From Chitinophagaceae bacterium (GTDB taxonomy: Bacteria > Bacteroidota > Bacteroidia > Chitinophagales > Chitinophagaceae), in the NCBI GenBank assembly GCA_016787065.1, contig JAEUVD010000003.1, positions 34,582-98,581 on the forward strand: 64,000 bases of DNA, read 5' to 3'. Under the pieces are notes generated by a model. It worked only from the letters and a program-made list of their open reading frames with translations, had not been told where the DNA came from and did not search any database. Position numbers and translations under genes: made by a program. Position 1 is the first letter of the stretch; each line of letters starts with the position of its first letter. Shown here piece by piece: positions 1-10,525 of this stretch.

Positions 1-95
1 CTTGTGCTTGAGCTATAGTAGTCGTTAAGCACAGCATTAAACAAAACCAATATTTTATTGTATTCATGGTTACTTGACTTTAATGATTTTTAAAA

Positions 96-2624
96 CTATT
101 TACTCAAATTGTTTAATTTTTCTTCCAAAGCATTCAATCGCTCTTTCAATTCTTTATTCTCCTTGTTTAATTGAAGAATATACAAGGTTGCTTCCTCCAC
201 TTTCTCCACTAACTTCAATTGAATACCACCAACATTCATACCCTCTGATTCCACTTCGGTAGCCGGCGGCATGTTAGGCAAACGATGATACGTATTGATA
301 TGAGCTTCTACTTCATCTAACGATTTTAAGGCATAAGAATCTTCAAATACATAGTCTGGAAAAGGAGTGGCTTGCACACGTAATTCAGTACAAATTGCTT
401 TTCCATTCACCGTTAGTTTATAGCCAGTAGCTGGTGTGGAAGAACCTATAGCCAGATCACCGTTGTTAGTTAGTACCATTTTATCGGTGAACGTACTTTC
501 ATCACCAAGTGTGTTGTTCGTTCTAAAATATAGATTACCACTATTACCCCAGTTTATGACCCCATTCGCTGAATTAAAAATGAGATGATCTTTAAAACGC
601 AGTCTTCCATTAACATCAAGCGATTTGCCAGGTGTACTTGTTCCTATTCCTACATTGCCGCTAGCGTCAATTCTAATGCGTTCGGTGATATTGTTAGCCG
701 GGGTATTATCAATTTCGCCAATAACGAAACCACCAGCGCCGAGCCCTTTTTGATTAAGAAGATAGGTCATTCCACCTGCACCGTTTTTATTCCATTCTAA
801 ATAGGAACCTTGAAGATGACTATTGCCTGTGCTACCTGAACAATACAAACCACCACCCACATTTAAACGTGCCGGTAAATTTGTGGTAGCGATACCTAAA
901 TCGCCATTATCGCTCAGTACCATGCGGTCAACATAATTGCTTTCATCACCTACGGTTGGATTTGATCGGAACCACAATGTTCCTCCAGCACCATAGTTTA
1001 TAATTCCGCCTGCGGTATTGAATACCAAATTGGATTTAATACGAGCCGAACCGTTTACATCCAGTTTCATCGTCGATGATGGTGGGTTCATACCAATACC
1101 TACATTTCCTCCATTGTTAAAAATATTACTGTTATTGGTAACCCAAGCTGTACCATTCCAATAGGGTGTATTTCCGGCAGCTGTTCCGTTCGTAATCCCT
1201 GAGCCAACCATTGATGTTCCACTGCCCCAGACGCCTGAAGTTTTTGGTCCGAAAATTTGATTCGTGGCAGTATTAATATAGAAATCGCCGTCGGTACCCG
1301 TACCGACTGTAGGGTTAGTTGTACCATTTAAAATAGTTTTACCATTCGTACCGGCGGCACCCGTAGCTCCGGTAGAACCTGTTGGTCCTATGAGCGATGT
1401 GCCGCTTCCCCAAGTTCCAGCGGTTTTTGGTCCGAAGAGTTGTTTGGTTGTAGTATTCAAATAAAAATCGCCGTCTACACCATTCCCAGCGATTGGATTT
1501 GCCGTGCCATTTAAAATAGTTTTACCATTCGTTCCGGCGGCACCCGTAGGGCCGGTGGCTCCTGTAGCACCGGTTGCCCCTGCTGGTCCTACTAACGATA
1601 CACCACTTCCCCAAGCTCCTGCAGCTTTCGGCCCGAACAAAAGATTGGTACTCGTGTTCAAATAAAAATCACCGTCGTTACCAATACCGCTTCCGGGATT
1701 GCTTGTGCCATTTAATATGGTTTTACCATCAGCTCCTGCAGGCCCGGTGAAAGAGGTTGCGGATTGCCAACTTCCTATTCCGTTCGCATCCGACATGAGT
1801 ATCTTTCCGTTACCTTGATTACCATCAGCCATCCGAATACTACCGGCAACATCTAACATGGCTTGTGGTGTTATTGTTCCGATACCAAAACGACCGTCTC
1901 CAAGAATTACTGCACGATAGCAACAACCTCCTTGATAGAAGTACAAATTATTTCCACCTGAATTATCTATGTCGGTACCAATAGTCCAGGCACTTCCCAA
2001 GGAACCATTCAGATTCATGGATACTCTATTCTGTTCTGTTCCTTCAATTTTGAATACGTTATCGTTACCTTTAACATGCAATCTGTTGAGTGGATTATTC
2101 GTTCCAATACCAACATGATCGTTGTTTAAATTATATATATTTGAACCATTGCTACCCCAAACATTATCGGCACTGCTACCGGCATGAAAGGCATAGGGTA
2201 CAGTTTGTAAATGCGTTGTACCCATATCGGTATAATTGGTTCCTCCGGAAGGATCCATTTCTACTTGTAAGTATTTATTACCGGAACTCCACGCAACTGC
2301 AGCTAAACTACCACTTACAGGAGTACCTTCGCCAATACCTAGGGTAAATAAACCGAGAGATGAAGTAGTTATGGTGTGGGTTTCCTGATAAACTACCGGG
2401 CCGGTTAATGAATTATCATGAATACTGATTCGAAGGGAAATAGCCTGACTTATAAGTGCGCTACCATTGGCATCACGGGCAATGGCTTGAAAAGGAATAC
2501 CTTGTGGAACCTGTGCCATGGCTTGGCTTTGCAATAGCACCATCGCCAGGAAAAGAACAACATGAAAAACATGTTTAAAGCGTATTCGGGTACTTCGATT
2601 TTTGAATTGTTGTAAAGGCATCAT
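96..2624 (-). CDS. Secreted collagen-like-repeat / tail-fibre-like protein
   Basis: ORF 96..2693. The probable start is the ATG at 2624 (MMPLQQ...), which is followed by a hydrophobic signal peptide ending AMAQ. It has three ~72-aa repeats (GKTILNGT.NP..G.G.DGDFY.NT.T..LFGPK..G.WGSG.SL.GP.G.TGATG..G), each with short G-X-Y collagen-like runs. The C-terminal module (PDYVFEDSYALKSLDEVEAHI...) is followed by a heptad coiled coil. Confidence 0.7.
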   Translation of the reverse strand: MMPLQQFKNRSTRIRFKHVFHVVLFLAMVLLQSQAMAQVPQGIPFQAIARDANGSALISQAISLRISIHDNSLTGPVVYQETHTITTSSLGLFTLGIGEGTPVSGSLAAVAWSSGNKYLQVEMDPSGGTNYTDMGTTHLQTVPYAFHAGSSADNVWGSNGSNIYNLNNDHVGIGTNNPLNRLHVKGNDNVFKIEGTEQNRVSMNLNGSLGSAWTIGTDIDNSGGNNLYFYQGGCCYRAVILGDGRFGIGTITPQAMLDVAGSIRMADGNQGNGKILMSDANGIGSWQSATSFTGPAGADGKTILNGTSNPGSGIGNDGDFYLNTSTNLLFGPKAAGAWGSGVSLVGPAGATGATGATGPTGAAGTNGKTILNGTANPIAGNGVDGDFYLNTTTKQLFGPKTAGTWGSGTSLIGPTGSTGATGAAGTNGKTILNGTTNPTVGTGTDGDFYINTATNQIFGPKTSGVWGSGTSMVGSGITNGTAAGNTPYWNGTAWVTNNSNIFNNGGNVGIGMNPPSSTMKLDVNGSARIKSNLVFNTAGGIINYGAGGTLWFRSNPTVGDESNYVDRMVLSDNGDLGIATTNLPARLNVGGGLYCSGSTGNSHLQGSYLEWNKNGAGGMTYLLNQKGLGAGGFVIGEIDNTPANNITERIRIDASGNVGIGTSTPGKSLDVNGRLRFKDHLIFNSANGVINWGNSGNLYFRTNNTLGDESTFTDKMVLTNNGDLAIGSSTPATGYKLTVNGKAICTELRVQATPFPDYVFEDSYALKSLDEVEAHINTYHRLPNMPPATEVESEGMNVGGIQLKLVEKVEEATLYILQLNKENKELKERLNALEEKLNNLSK

Positions 2625-2975
2625 AGTTTTATTTTTTTGGTTTGTGTTGAATGGTTTAAAAATTTCATAGGTTGATTCGATTGTTTGATTCATAGGATAA
2701 CTTCAATTTTTACGATACAAAATTGGAGGAATGCTTGTGTTGGAACAATCGTTAGTCCTAATGAATTCTTAGAAGAAAATGAATTTTTTTCTCATGGTTT
2801 TCTATGATTTCTATAAAGAGATCATAGTATTTATCCCTTTTACTTAAGTAAGATTTTTAAAAATTGAAACAGAGTGAATACCATTTCACTAACGCAATTG
2901 AAAAAATTACAAGGAAGAAGAGGTTCATTTTTTAGGGCAAATGAAGTAGGTTTGTTTCCATACCACTTGAACCTT

Positions 2976-5900
2976 ATGAGGAGGCGTAAACGAATTCTAC
3001 TCTTTATAATCTATTTCTGTGTGTTGCACGGTGCGGCACAAACAACTACATTCGATAGCCTTCGTATTCAACTCGGTCATTTAGGTATAAAGGAAGGGTT
3101 ATCGCAAGGTTTTGTTCGTTCTATTATACAGGATAGGGAAGGTTTCATGTGGTTCTCCTCGAAGGATGGTTTGAATCAATACGATGGTTATCGCTTCCGT
3201 GTAATACGCGGAAATTCGCTTGATTCCTTATCGCTTCCCGATAATCATGTTTCGGTGCTTCTGGAAGACAATAAAGGACGGTTTTGGATTGGTACGGAAT
3301 CGAAAGGACTTTATTTATTTGATAAGAAGCATGAAACGTTTCATCGTGTTTTTATACCAGGCTATGAGGATATTGGGAAGTACGATGGTGTGAAGGAAAT
3401 GAGATATCAAGATGAAAAATTACTCTTAGCGTATAATAACAATATCGTGATTTTAAATGTAGAAGATATTGTACCGGGAGATTTTAGTACAGCTAATTTA
3501 AAGCGAGGTAAGATTCATCTCAATTTGAATCAACAAGTGGTTGATGGTAAGTATCACTACAACGACATCAACTATGCGAGTTATTTATACCTTCGGAATG
3601 GAACGCTAATGATGGCGACTACAGATACCGTGCTTTTTTTAACGCCGGATAAGGTAACCTCAAGATGGAAAAAAACGTATGTACCACTTGCACGGTTTGG
3701 GTTGTTTGGGTTAAAAACGGAGGCAGCGCAAATGATGAATACGAATTGTAGTGATACGATTATTCTTACTTCCCTTCGCTATTTTAGTGTGTTTAGTTTA
3801 AGACAAAATAAGATACTATTTCATCAACATTTTCAACATCAAAAAAACTCTTTTGTGAGTTTGCAATCAGATGCAAAGGGAAATATTTACTATGGTAACG
3901 CGAACGGAGGGTACTACTTCAATATAAAGGAAATGAAGATGTATGCTGTTGATGCCCATCCGGCTCCGGTAAGAAATTGGTTATGTATATGTGCAGATAA
4001 AGATGGTATGTTATGGATTTCCAGTAACCAGAGTGATGGCTTGTATTTATACGATGAACGTAAACTTCGGTTTAAGAATACCCAACATCATGGTTACTAT
4101 CAATACTTGAATGGTAAGGTAAAAATCTTTGCGCAGAATTTTAACTCGTTGGCGGTAATACCAGAAGGCAAATTACTGCCACTTAAATTCAAAGCAGGGT
4201 ACAATTTGTTTATACCGAAACGTCTTTTAAAAGAGAGTGATTCCACCTTTTTAATAACCACCTTTCATGGCGATAATAATGGACTATGGTTATATCGATT
4301 CAATCATGAACAAGACATGTTGAGTGCCGTTAAGCTCGATAGTAGCTGGCATCATTTCACCGATGCTCAGGGTAACCTATGGGGACTGTATGCTTCACCT
4401 TTACCTACCATTGTATTAGTGCAAATAGATAAGAGTACCGGTAAAATTTTGCATCGATTTCCTTTTCCAAAATCGAATTTTATTCATGAATATCCGTTTA
4501 TCTCCGACATCATCGAAGAAGATGGTTTATTTTGGTTTGGAACTTTACAAGGTTTGTATCGGTTTGATACAAAAGCGAACGAAGATGGTAAACGATGGCA
4601 GTGGTGGAAGAAGGATACAAAACGCAACCAAACGTTGCGTGATGATTTAATTTTTTCTATTTGCAAAGACCCTCGGTATCCTAATACTCATATGTGGCTT
4701 GGCACCAATGGCCATGGGCTCTTTAACCTGAATCTACAAACCGGCATCTGCAAACATTATGATGTAACAAACGGACTACCCAATAATGTAGTGTATAGTA
4801 TGCTTTCCGATAACGATGGAAATATTTGGATGAGTACCAATTTCGGAATAAGTTGTTTTAACCCATCGAATGAATTATTCCGTAACTTTTCGGAAGACGA
4901 CGGTTTGTGCGGTAATGAATTTAACCGCTATGAAAAAATAAAAACGCCCAAGGGCGAATTAATATTCGGTGGTGTGAACGGGTCATCGGCGTTTTATCCG
5001 CATGAAATTTTAAAGAGCGGTAAGGCTAGTCCGATTGTATTTACCGAACTCCATGTGTACAATAAATTGATTACGCATCAGGAACATCCAAAAATAATAC
5101 AACAACCCTTAAACTATGCTGAAGTAATACATCTTGCGGCATCCCAAAATATGTTTACTATTTCGTTTGCACTTTTGGAAACGGTAGCTCCTGAAAAAAA
5201 GAAATATGCTTATTACCTTGAAGGCTTAGATGAAACGTGGATACCCAATGGAAATAAAACATCAGCAACCTATACCAACTTATCGCCCGGCACTTACACC
5301 TTACATGTGAAAGGATGTAACGCGGCAGGAATATGGACGATGCCTGAGCGAAGTTTGCGTATTGTAATTGCAGCGTTTTGGTATCAAACGTGGTGGTTCC
5401 GTTTAAGCGCTTTGGCCTTCGTATTCGTTGGTATTTATGGCTTGTATCGTTTTCGAATGAACCAACTTCTTAAACTACAACATTTGAGGAACAGCATCGC
5501 GCGCGATTTACACGATGAAATTGGTTCTACCTTAAGTAGTATTTCATTATATGGTGAGTCGGCCCGAATGATGATTGATGAAAAAAGTCCATTGCAGCAT
5601 GTTTTAAATAAAATCAACCAAAGCACCTTAAATATTATGGAGGCTATGAGCGATATTGTTTGGACGATTAATAGCAAGAATGATCATGTCGACAATCTCA
5701 TCAATCGCATGCATGTATTTGCGAATCAATTAATGGAAACAAAAAAAGTGAAGATTCATTTCACTACCGACGAAGAATCGGAAAAGTTAGTACTGGATAT
5801 GAATGTTCGAAAGAACTTCTATTTTTTATTTAAGGAAATTATTAATAATGTAGCTCGTCATTCCGACTGTAAAAACTTATGGATTGATATTCGTGTAAAA

Positions 5901-6095
5901 CATACTATGTTATCTATGGTTGTTAGAGATGATGGTAAGGGGTTCGATGTAGAACGCGACGCAAATAACCTAGGTAAGCTTGGAGGCAATGGGTTACACA
6001 ACATGCGAAAGCGAGCAGATGATATGAACGCGCAAGTAGAAATTCATTCGCAGCTCGGTAAAGGATGTACGATACATTTGGTTATGAAAATCTAA
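2976..6095 (+). CDS. Sensor histidine kinase with periplasmic beta-propeller / Y_Y_Y domains and a HisKA_3 + HATPase core
   Basis: ORF 2874..6095 opens with GTG. The ATG at 2976 (MRRRKRILLFIIYFCVL...) gives a signal or TM segment. There are many 'FW.GT..GL' two-component-regulator propeller repeats and a TM segment (WWFRLSALAFVFVGIYGLY). The H-box is RDLHDEIGSTLSSISLY, and the ATPase G-boxes are DDGKGF and GNGLHNMRKRA. Confidence 0.85.
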   Translation: MRRRKRILLFIIYFCVLHGAAQTTTFDSLRIQLGHLGIKEGLSQGFVRSIIQDREGFMWFSSKDGLNQYDGYRFRVIRGNSLDSLSLPDNHVSVLLEDNKGRFWIGTESKGLYLFDKKHETFHRVFIPGYEDIGKYDGVKEMRYQDEKLLLAYNNNIVILNVEDIVPGDFSTANLKRGKIHLNLNQQVVDGKYHYNDINYASYLYLRNGTLMMATTDTVLFLTPDKVTSRWKKTYVPLARFGLFGLKTEAAQMMNTNCSDTIILTSLRYFSVFSLRQNKILFHQHFQHQKNSFVSLQSDAKGNIYYGNANGGYYFNIKEMKMYAVDAHPAPVRNWLCICADKDGMLWISSNQSDGLYLYDERKLRFKNTQHHGYYQYLNGKVKIFAQNFNSLAVIPEGKLLPLKFKAGYNLFIPKRLLKESDSTFLITTFHGDNNGLWLYRFNHEQDMLSAVKLDSSWHHFTDAQGNLWGLYASPLPTIVLVQIDKSTGKILHRFPFPKSNFIHEYPFISDIIEEDGLFWFGTLQGLYRFDTKANEDGKRWQWWKKDTKRNQTLRDDLIFSICKDPRYPNTHMWLGTNGHGLFNLNLQTGICKHYDVTNGLPNNVVYSMLSDNDGNIWMSTNFGISCFNPSNELFRNFSEDDGLCGNEFNRYEKIKTPKGELIFGGVNGSSAFYPHEILKSGKASPIVFTELHVYNKLITHQEHPKIIQQPLNYAEVIHLAASQNMFTISFALLETVAPEKKKYAYYLEGLDETWIPNGNKTSATYTNLSPGTYTLHVKGCNAAGIWTMPERSLRIVIAAFWYQTWWFRLSALAFVFVGIYGLYRFRMNQLLKLQHLRNSIARDLHDEIGSTLSSISLYGESARMMIDEKSPLQHVLNKINQSTLNIMEAMSDIVWTINSKNDHVDNLINRMHVFANQLMETKKVKIHFTTDEESEKLVLDMNVRKNFYFLFKEIINNVARHSDCKNLWIDIRVKHTMLSMVVRDDGKGFDVERDANNLGKLGGNGLHNMRKRADDMNAQVEIHSQLGKGCTIHLVMKI

Positions 6096-6166
6096 AAAAT
6101 CATAGGAATTAATGATTTTCTGCTAAGGAATTAAGTCGACCTTTACACCTGCAGAATTTGAACATC

Positions 6167-6811
6167 ATGGCTAAAATCAACGTAGTAGTATTTGATGATA
6201 ACGATACCCGACGCGACGGCTTGGAAATGATGATTAACCTTACGGATACCTTGGCATGCGTTGGTACGTTCCCGGATTGCAGAGAAGTGGTTCAAATGGT
6301 TCATGAACTTAAACCCGATGTGGTGTTAATGGATATTGATATGCCCTATGTAAACGGATTGGAAGGGTTAAAGCAACTACGACAAGTTTACCCCGATTTG
6401 AGAATTTTAATGCAAACCGTTTTCGAGGATGATGAAAAAATATTTGAATGCATTCGTGCCGGCGCAGATGGTTACATTTTGAAGAAAACACCACCGCATG
6501 AATTAATTAAAGGAATAATCGATGTAATGGAAGGAGGCGCCCCCATGACCGCTTCCGTTGCTCGACAAGTGTTGCGAATGGTAAGTGAACCTCGAAAGCA
6601 AAAAGATCATAACCCCTTTAATTTAACGGCAAGGGAAAAGGAAATTTTAGGGTATTTAGTAAAAGGAATGAGTTATAAAATGATAGCTGATACTTGCTTT
6701 TTATCGATGGCTACGATCAATACGCACATCCGACATATCTATGAGAAACTGCAAGTGCATTCCGGAACGGAAGCTGTTGCCAAAGCGATATCCAATGGTT
6801 TGAATGTTTAA
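6167..6811 (+). CDS. Response regulator, NarL/LuxR family (REC + HTH)
   Basis: MAKINVVVFDDN...DVVLMDIDMP is a receiver domain. The C-terminal LTAREKEILGYLVKGMSYKMIAD...SMATINTHIRHIYEKLQV is a LuxR-type HTH. It lies immediately downstream of the kinase. The ORF track opens at TTG 6158; the ATG at 6167 is more likely. Confidence 0.9.
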   Translation: MAKINVVVFDDNDTRRDGLEMMINLTDTLACVGTFPDCREVVQMVHELKPDVVLMDIDMPYVNGLEGLKQLRQVYPDLRILMQTVFEDDEKIFECIRAGADGYILKKTPPHELIKGIIDVMEGGAPMTASVARQVLRMVSEPRKQKDHNPFNLTAREKEILGYLVKGMSYKMIADTCFLSMATINTHIRHIYEKLQVHSGTEAVAKAISNGLNV

Positions 6812-6824
6812 TTTGGTACCGGTA

Positions 6825-6858
6825 GACGCGATGCATCGCGTCCACAATGCATCGCGTC
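6825..6858. terminator. Perfect 18-nt palindrome (gacgcgatgcatcgcgtc) plus a second copy of atgcatcgcgtc, between convergent genes
   Basis: Read directly from the sequence. It sits between the stop of the response regulator (6811) and the stop of the GSCFA gene (6866). There is no T-tract, so terminator function is only inferred. Confidence 0.35.
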
Positions 6859-6865
6859 AATTAGT

Positions 6866-7834
6866 TTACCCTCCCTGCGAAAAATAAACCATTTCATCCT
6901 CCAGGTTTAACTCCGGATGTAGCATTTTTAGTTCGCTGCAAAGCGCAAGATGCTGTTGTAAAAACCGTTTGTGTGCTTCACTTCGAATGTCTTTTGGGCG
7001 GTGCTGTTTAGCTTTATAAATCTGTTCTAGCTGTTTCATTAAATCATATAAGGATGGATGTACACAAGACTGCACGAGTTGTTCCCAAACCACTTGCGTA
7101 GCCATGTAATTCGGATGAACTAAATCGGCATCATAAAACCGATAATCACGCAATACATCAACAACCAATTCATACGATGGAAAATAATAGATGGCATTCA
7201 AACTATGCACCGCTTCTAATAAACGTGCTTTACTGCGGTTATTTTCAATCACACCATCACGAACATGCCTTACCGGGCTGATCGTATATATGATAGTTAG
7301 ATTTGGATTGAATAGCAACAAAGCTTTATTCAAATTTTCAAGTTGTTCTTGTATCGTAGCAATCGGTAAAAGATCTTTTCGAAATACGTTTGCCGGCGCA
7401 CGATGATTATTACTAACATACTGTTGTTCCTCCAAATGCCAATACGCAAAGGCTGAACCCAAGGTTATGAAAATAAATTTACTTTCTTTCAGGAAGGCTT
7501 GATGCTTCCGTATGGCTGCGTTGATAGTTGTTAAACAAGTCTCTTTCTCAAGAAAAGAAAAATCAGAATGGTGGTTCCAACTGTTCCAATATTCATTTAA
7601 ATAAAAGAGATCCTTTTCTGTGTATTGTTTTCCTTCAATAACTTCTATGAGCGAATTACAAACACTCATCGGATTGAACATAATACCATGCGAATTGAAT
7701 TCAACATTGAACTTGTGGCGTTGAAAATAATTCACCATGTTGGCGCTAAAGCAAGAACCGCAGAGGTACACGGCATCATGATAGGTGATACTCGGTTCCA
7801 GCTTTGGAAATTGAAGAGGTAGCTGGAAATTCAT
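6866..7834 (-). CDS. GSCFA-family protein
   Basis: The N-terminal YLCGSCFSANM motif and overall length fit the GSCFA family. Confidence 0.7.
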   Translation of the reverse strand: MNFQLPLQFPKLEPSITYHDAVYLCGSCFSANMVNYFQRHKFNVEFNSHGIMFNPMSVCNSLIEVIEGKQYTEKDLFYLNEYWNSWNHHSDFSFLEKETCLTTINAAIRKHQAFLKESKFIFITLGSAFAYWHLEEQQYVSNNHRAPANVFRKDLLPIATIQEQLENLNKALLLFNPNLTIIYTISPVRHVRDGVIENNRSKARLLEAVHSLNAIYYFPSYELVVDVLRDYRFYDADLVHPNYMATQVVWEQLVQSCVHPSLYDLMKQLEQIYKAKQHRPKDIRSEAHKRFLQQHLALCSELKMLHPELNLEDEMVYFSQGG

Positions 7835-7851
7835 ACTAGATAAACTAACGA

Positions 7852-8970
7852 TTAGGCTCCAATCATTAATGGCATCAACAGCATCAATAAATCTTCATGC
7901 TCACGTGTTTCAACCGGTTTAATAAGTCCTGCACGCGTTGGAGTACTTAATTCAAACATGATTTCGTCGCCACTTAATGCATTAATCAACTCTAAAAGTA
8001 AACGTGCATTGAAGGCAATCTTCATGTCTTCACCATCAAACTGACAAGGCATTTGCTCGTTTCCTTCAAATGAGAAGTCAACATCTTGCGCATAGAGGTG
8101 AAGATTATTACCCACAATATCAAGCACCACTTGATTGGTAGTTTTATTAGCGAAAACACTTACACGGCGAATAGCACTCATGAACTCTGCCCGATTCACA
8201 ATAAGCTTGAACGGATTGTCGGCCGGAATTACGACTTTATAATCCGGGAACTTCGCATCAATTAATCGACAACTTAACTGCAACGTTTCCGATTCAACAA
8301 ATAAATGATTGGTGTTATAAGAAATCTTTATTTCGGTGGAATTATTTAAGTTGTTCTTCAATTGGTTGAGAGCCTTTTTAGGAACAATGAATTTATTATC
8401 TTCCTCTTTACAGTTTACGTCGGTTTTCACACAACGAACTAAACGATGGGCATCGGTGGCTACAAGGGTTAGGTTATTCGGACTGATTTCGAATAGAACA
8501 CCACTCATGGCCGGACGAAGATCGTCGTTGTTTACTGCAATTATAGCCTTGGCTATACCATCGGTAAACTCTGCTGCAGGCATATTAAAGGAAGTGGTAT
8601 CTACCGCCTTCGGTTCCGTAGGGAAACTCTTAGCGTCTTCACCCACAATTTTATATTTCCCTTGTTCGCTGGTAATATCAATTCCAAAATCGCTTGTACT
8701 GATATCGAAAGTTATAGGTTGTTCCGGAAGGTTTTTAAGGTATTCGAGCAACACTTTAGCTTGGATACAAAGCATGCCGCTATCGTTCGATTGAATATCA
8801 ATTTCTACCTTCATCATGGTTTCCAGATCGGTACTCACTACGAACAATTTGTCTTTTTGAATATCGAACAAGAAAGATTCCAGAATGGGTAATACATTGT
8901 TGGTACCGATGATGCCACTAATACTTTGTAAATTCTTTTGAAGCGTACCTGATGAAACTATGAATCGCAT
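7852..8970 (-). CDS. dnaN: DNA polymerase III beta sliding clamp
   Basis: 372 aa. MRFIVSSGTLQKNLQSISGII... at the N-terminus and ...LLMLLMPLMIGA at the C-terminus, with typical three-domain clamp length. Confidence 0.93.
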   Translation of the reverse strand: MRFIVSSGTLQKNLQSISGIIGTNNVLPILESFLFDIQKDKLFVVSTDLETMMKVEIDIQSNDSGMLCIQAKVLLEYLKNLPEQPITFDISTSDFGIDITSEQGKYKIVGEDAKSFPTEPKAVDTTSFNMPAAEFTDGIAKAIIAVNNDDLRPAMSGVLFEISPNNLTLVATDAHRLVRCVKTDVNCKEEDNKFIVPKKALNQLKNNLNNSTEIKISYNTNHLFVESETLQLSCRLIDAKFPDYKVVIPADNPFKLIVNRAEFMSAIRRVSVFANKTTNQVVLDIVGNNLHLYAQDVDFSFEGNEQMPCQFDGEDMKIAFNARLLLELINALSGDEIMFELSTPTRAGLIKPVETREHEDLLMLLMPLMIGA

Positions 8971-8990
8971 GTTTGGGTTTTGAATTCGGG

Positions 8991-8998
8991 CAAAGATA
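8991..8998 (-). promoter_or_regulatory. Bacteroidota -7 box TATCTTTG (TAnnTTTG) upstream of dnaN
   Basis: Plus strand reads caaagata, 21-28 nt upstream of the dnaN ATG (8970). Confidence 0.4.
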
Positions 8999-9430
8999 AC
9001 GGCTTTATGCTTAAATAAAAGGGCGTTAAGGAGGCTCTGAGGAAAGAGTGGAAAAGTTTAGAAAGTGACTTTAGCTTGCAATTCAGAAAACAGAAAAGGC
9101 TATAAACTATGCATGCGCCACGAGGGCGCATACACAGTACTAAAACATTTATTATGAAAACAGGGCAAATATATAGTAAGAAAGTATTACCCACCAAATT
9201 TTTTTTTGAGAATAAAATATGCTGGAGAAATAGTGACGGAAATCACAGCACTTCTGCGGTTTATCGTTAAAGCAGGTGCAAGCCCTAAGTGGTTATCAGC
9301 CTACAATAATCTGGGTTTGATGGAATAGGACTAGCTTCAAAATCGGATGATAATAGTCTTGGAATATTTTATTACTTGGTTGAAAAAATTAATCGCTCTG
9401 GATATACTTCGGGCTAGGTTTGTTTAGGTG

Positions 9431-10519
9431 TTACTTGCGATTTAAAAAATACTTCGGAAACTGTGCCCAAGGTTGTTGCAAATAGGTAGTGTCGCTGAGC
9501 GAGTTTAAAAATGCCAGCAAATTCTGTTTTTCGCTTTCGGAAAGAGTAAACCCGGTAAGGAATGGATGTTTGTTTTGATTCAATCTGCCATCTCCAGCCT
9601 GAGGCCCCGAGGCGATTAATCGCCCACCACGGGCATAAAGTTCGAGTACTTCTTCCAAGGTTTGTATCGAGCCATCGTGCATATATGGAGCCGTTAAAGC
9701 AACATTTCGCAACGAAGGAACTTTGAATTTTCCATCATCTTCTTTTCTTTTGGAATATTGAATGATACCGTTGTCGTATGCAGGATACAGGGAACGTTGT
9801 TGCACGTTATATAGTCCAATATTAAAGTACACCGAATCCGGATTTCGGGTGAAGCTAGCGTTGCTAAACATGCGACCACCATGACAACTGCTGCATTTCA
9901 ACGTAGTACTAAAAAATAATTGCATCCCTCGTTTAGCCGCATCGCTTAGGGCATGTTGATTACCGGCTATATAAGCGTCATATGGCGAATTTGTGCTGCG
10001 TAAATTTTTTTCAAAAGCGGCAATACTCTCTTGCAATCGTTTTCGATTCCAATGGGTTTCTTTCGGGTAGGCCGCTTTGAACCATACTTGATACATGGAA
10101 TCGTGTTCTAAGTATTCATAGCAGGAGGTTTCGTGTAAATGCAAACCAAGTTCTACCGGTGTAGTACCAACTAACGGACGAAGCATTTGATGCTCCAAGG
10201 TTGTTACATTCGGATGCGCCCAATCATACACTAACATCGAAGAGGCATTTAAAATAGAAGGAGCATTATGCAACAGATTTTCGCCTAACGTACTTACGCT
10301 ACTGCGGTAACCGTCGGTGAAAGCAAGCTTGGGATCATGACAACTTGCACACGAACGACTATGATTTACGGAAAGATTTTTATCGAAAAAAAGATAATAC
10401 CCGAGCGTTATTTTCGGGTCGGAAAAAATAGATGAATTTTTTTCTTTTCTAAAAAGGAAGAGAGCCGCTAACAACACGAATCCAAGCAACAACAATATCA
10501 ACATGAGCTTCTTCAACAT
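9431..10519 (-). CDS. Di-haem cytochrome c peroxidase / MauG-family enzyme, membrane-anchored
   Basis: N-terminal TM segment (LMLILLLLGFVLLAALFLF). Two CxxCH haem motifs (CASCH, CSSCH). Hallmark motif VPSLRNVALTAPYMHDGSIQTLEEV. Confidence 0.88.
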   Translation of the reverse strand: MLKKLMLILLLLGFVLLAALFLFRKEKNSSIFSDPKITLGYYLFFDKNLSVNHSRSCASCHDPKLAFTDGYRSSVSTLGENLLHNAPSILNASSMLVYDWAHPNVTTLEHQMLRPLVGTTPVELGLHLHETSCYEYLEHDSMYQVWFKAAYPKETHWNRKRLQESIAAFEKNLRSTNSPYDAYIAGNQHALSDAAKRGMQLFFSTTLKCSSCHGGRMFSNASFTRNPDSVYFNIGLYNVQQRSLYPAYDNGIIQYSKRKEDDGKFKVPSLRNVALTAPYMHDGSIQTLEEVLELYARGGRLIASGPQAGDGRLNQNKHPFLTGFTLSESEKQNLLAFLNSLSDTTYLQQPWAQFPKYFLNRK

Positions 10520-10525
10520 AGCCTC

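Noticed and set aside
96-2693. Possible prophage, because of tail-fibre-like, collagen-like and S74-chaperone domains (also 49771-54357)
   Set aside because: No integrase, terminase, capsid, portal, baseplate or lysis genes are in the window. The fibre genes carry cellular export signals (signal peptides, a T9SS CTD) and sit among housekeeping genes.
2874-2975. An N-terminal extension of the histidine kinase from GTG 2874
   Set aside because: The extension (MNTISLTQLKKLQGRRGSFFRANEVG...) precedes a typical positively charged, hydrophobic signal-anchor that starts at the ATG at 2976. The shorter form is more plausible, though not proven.
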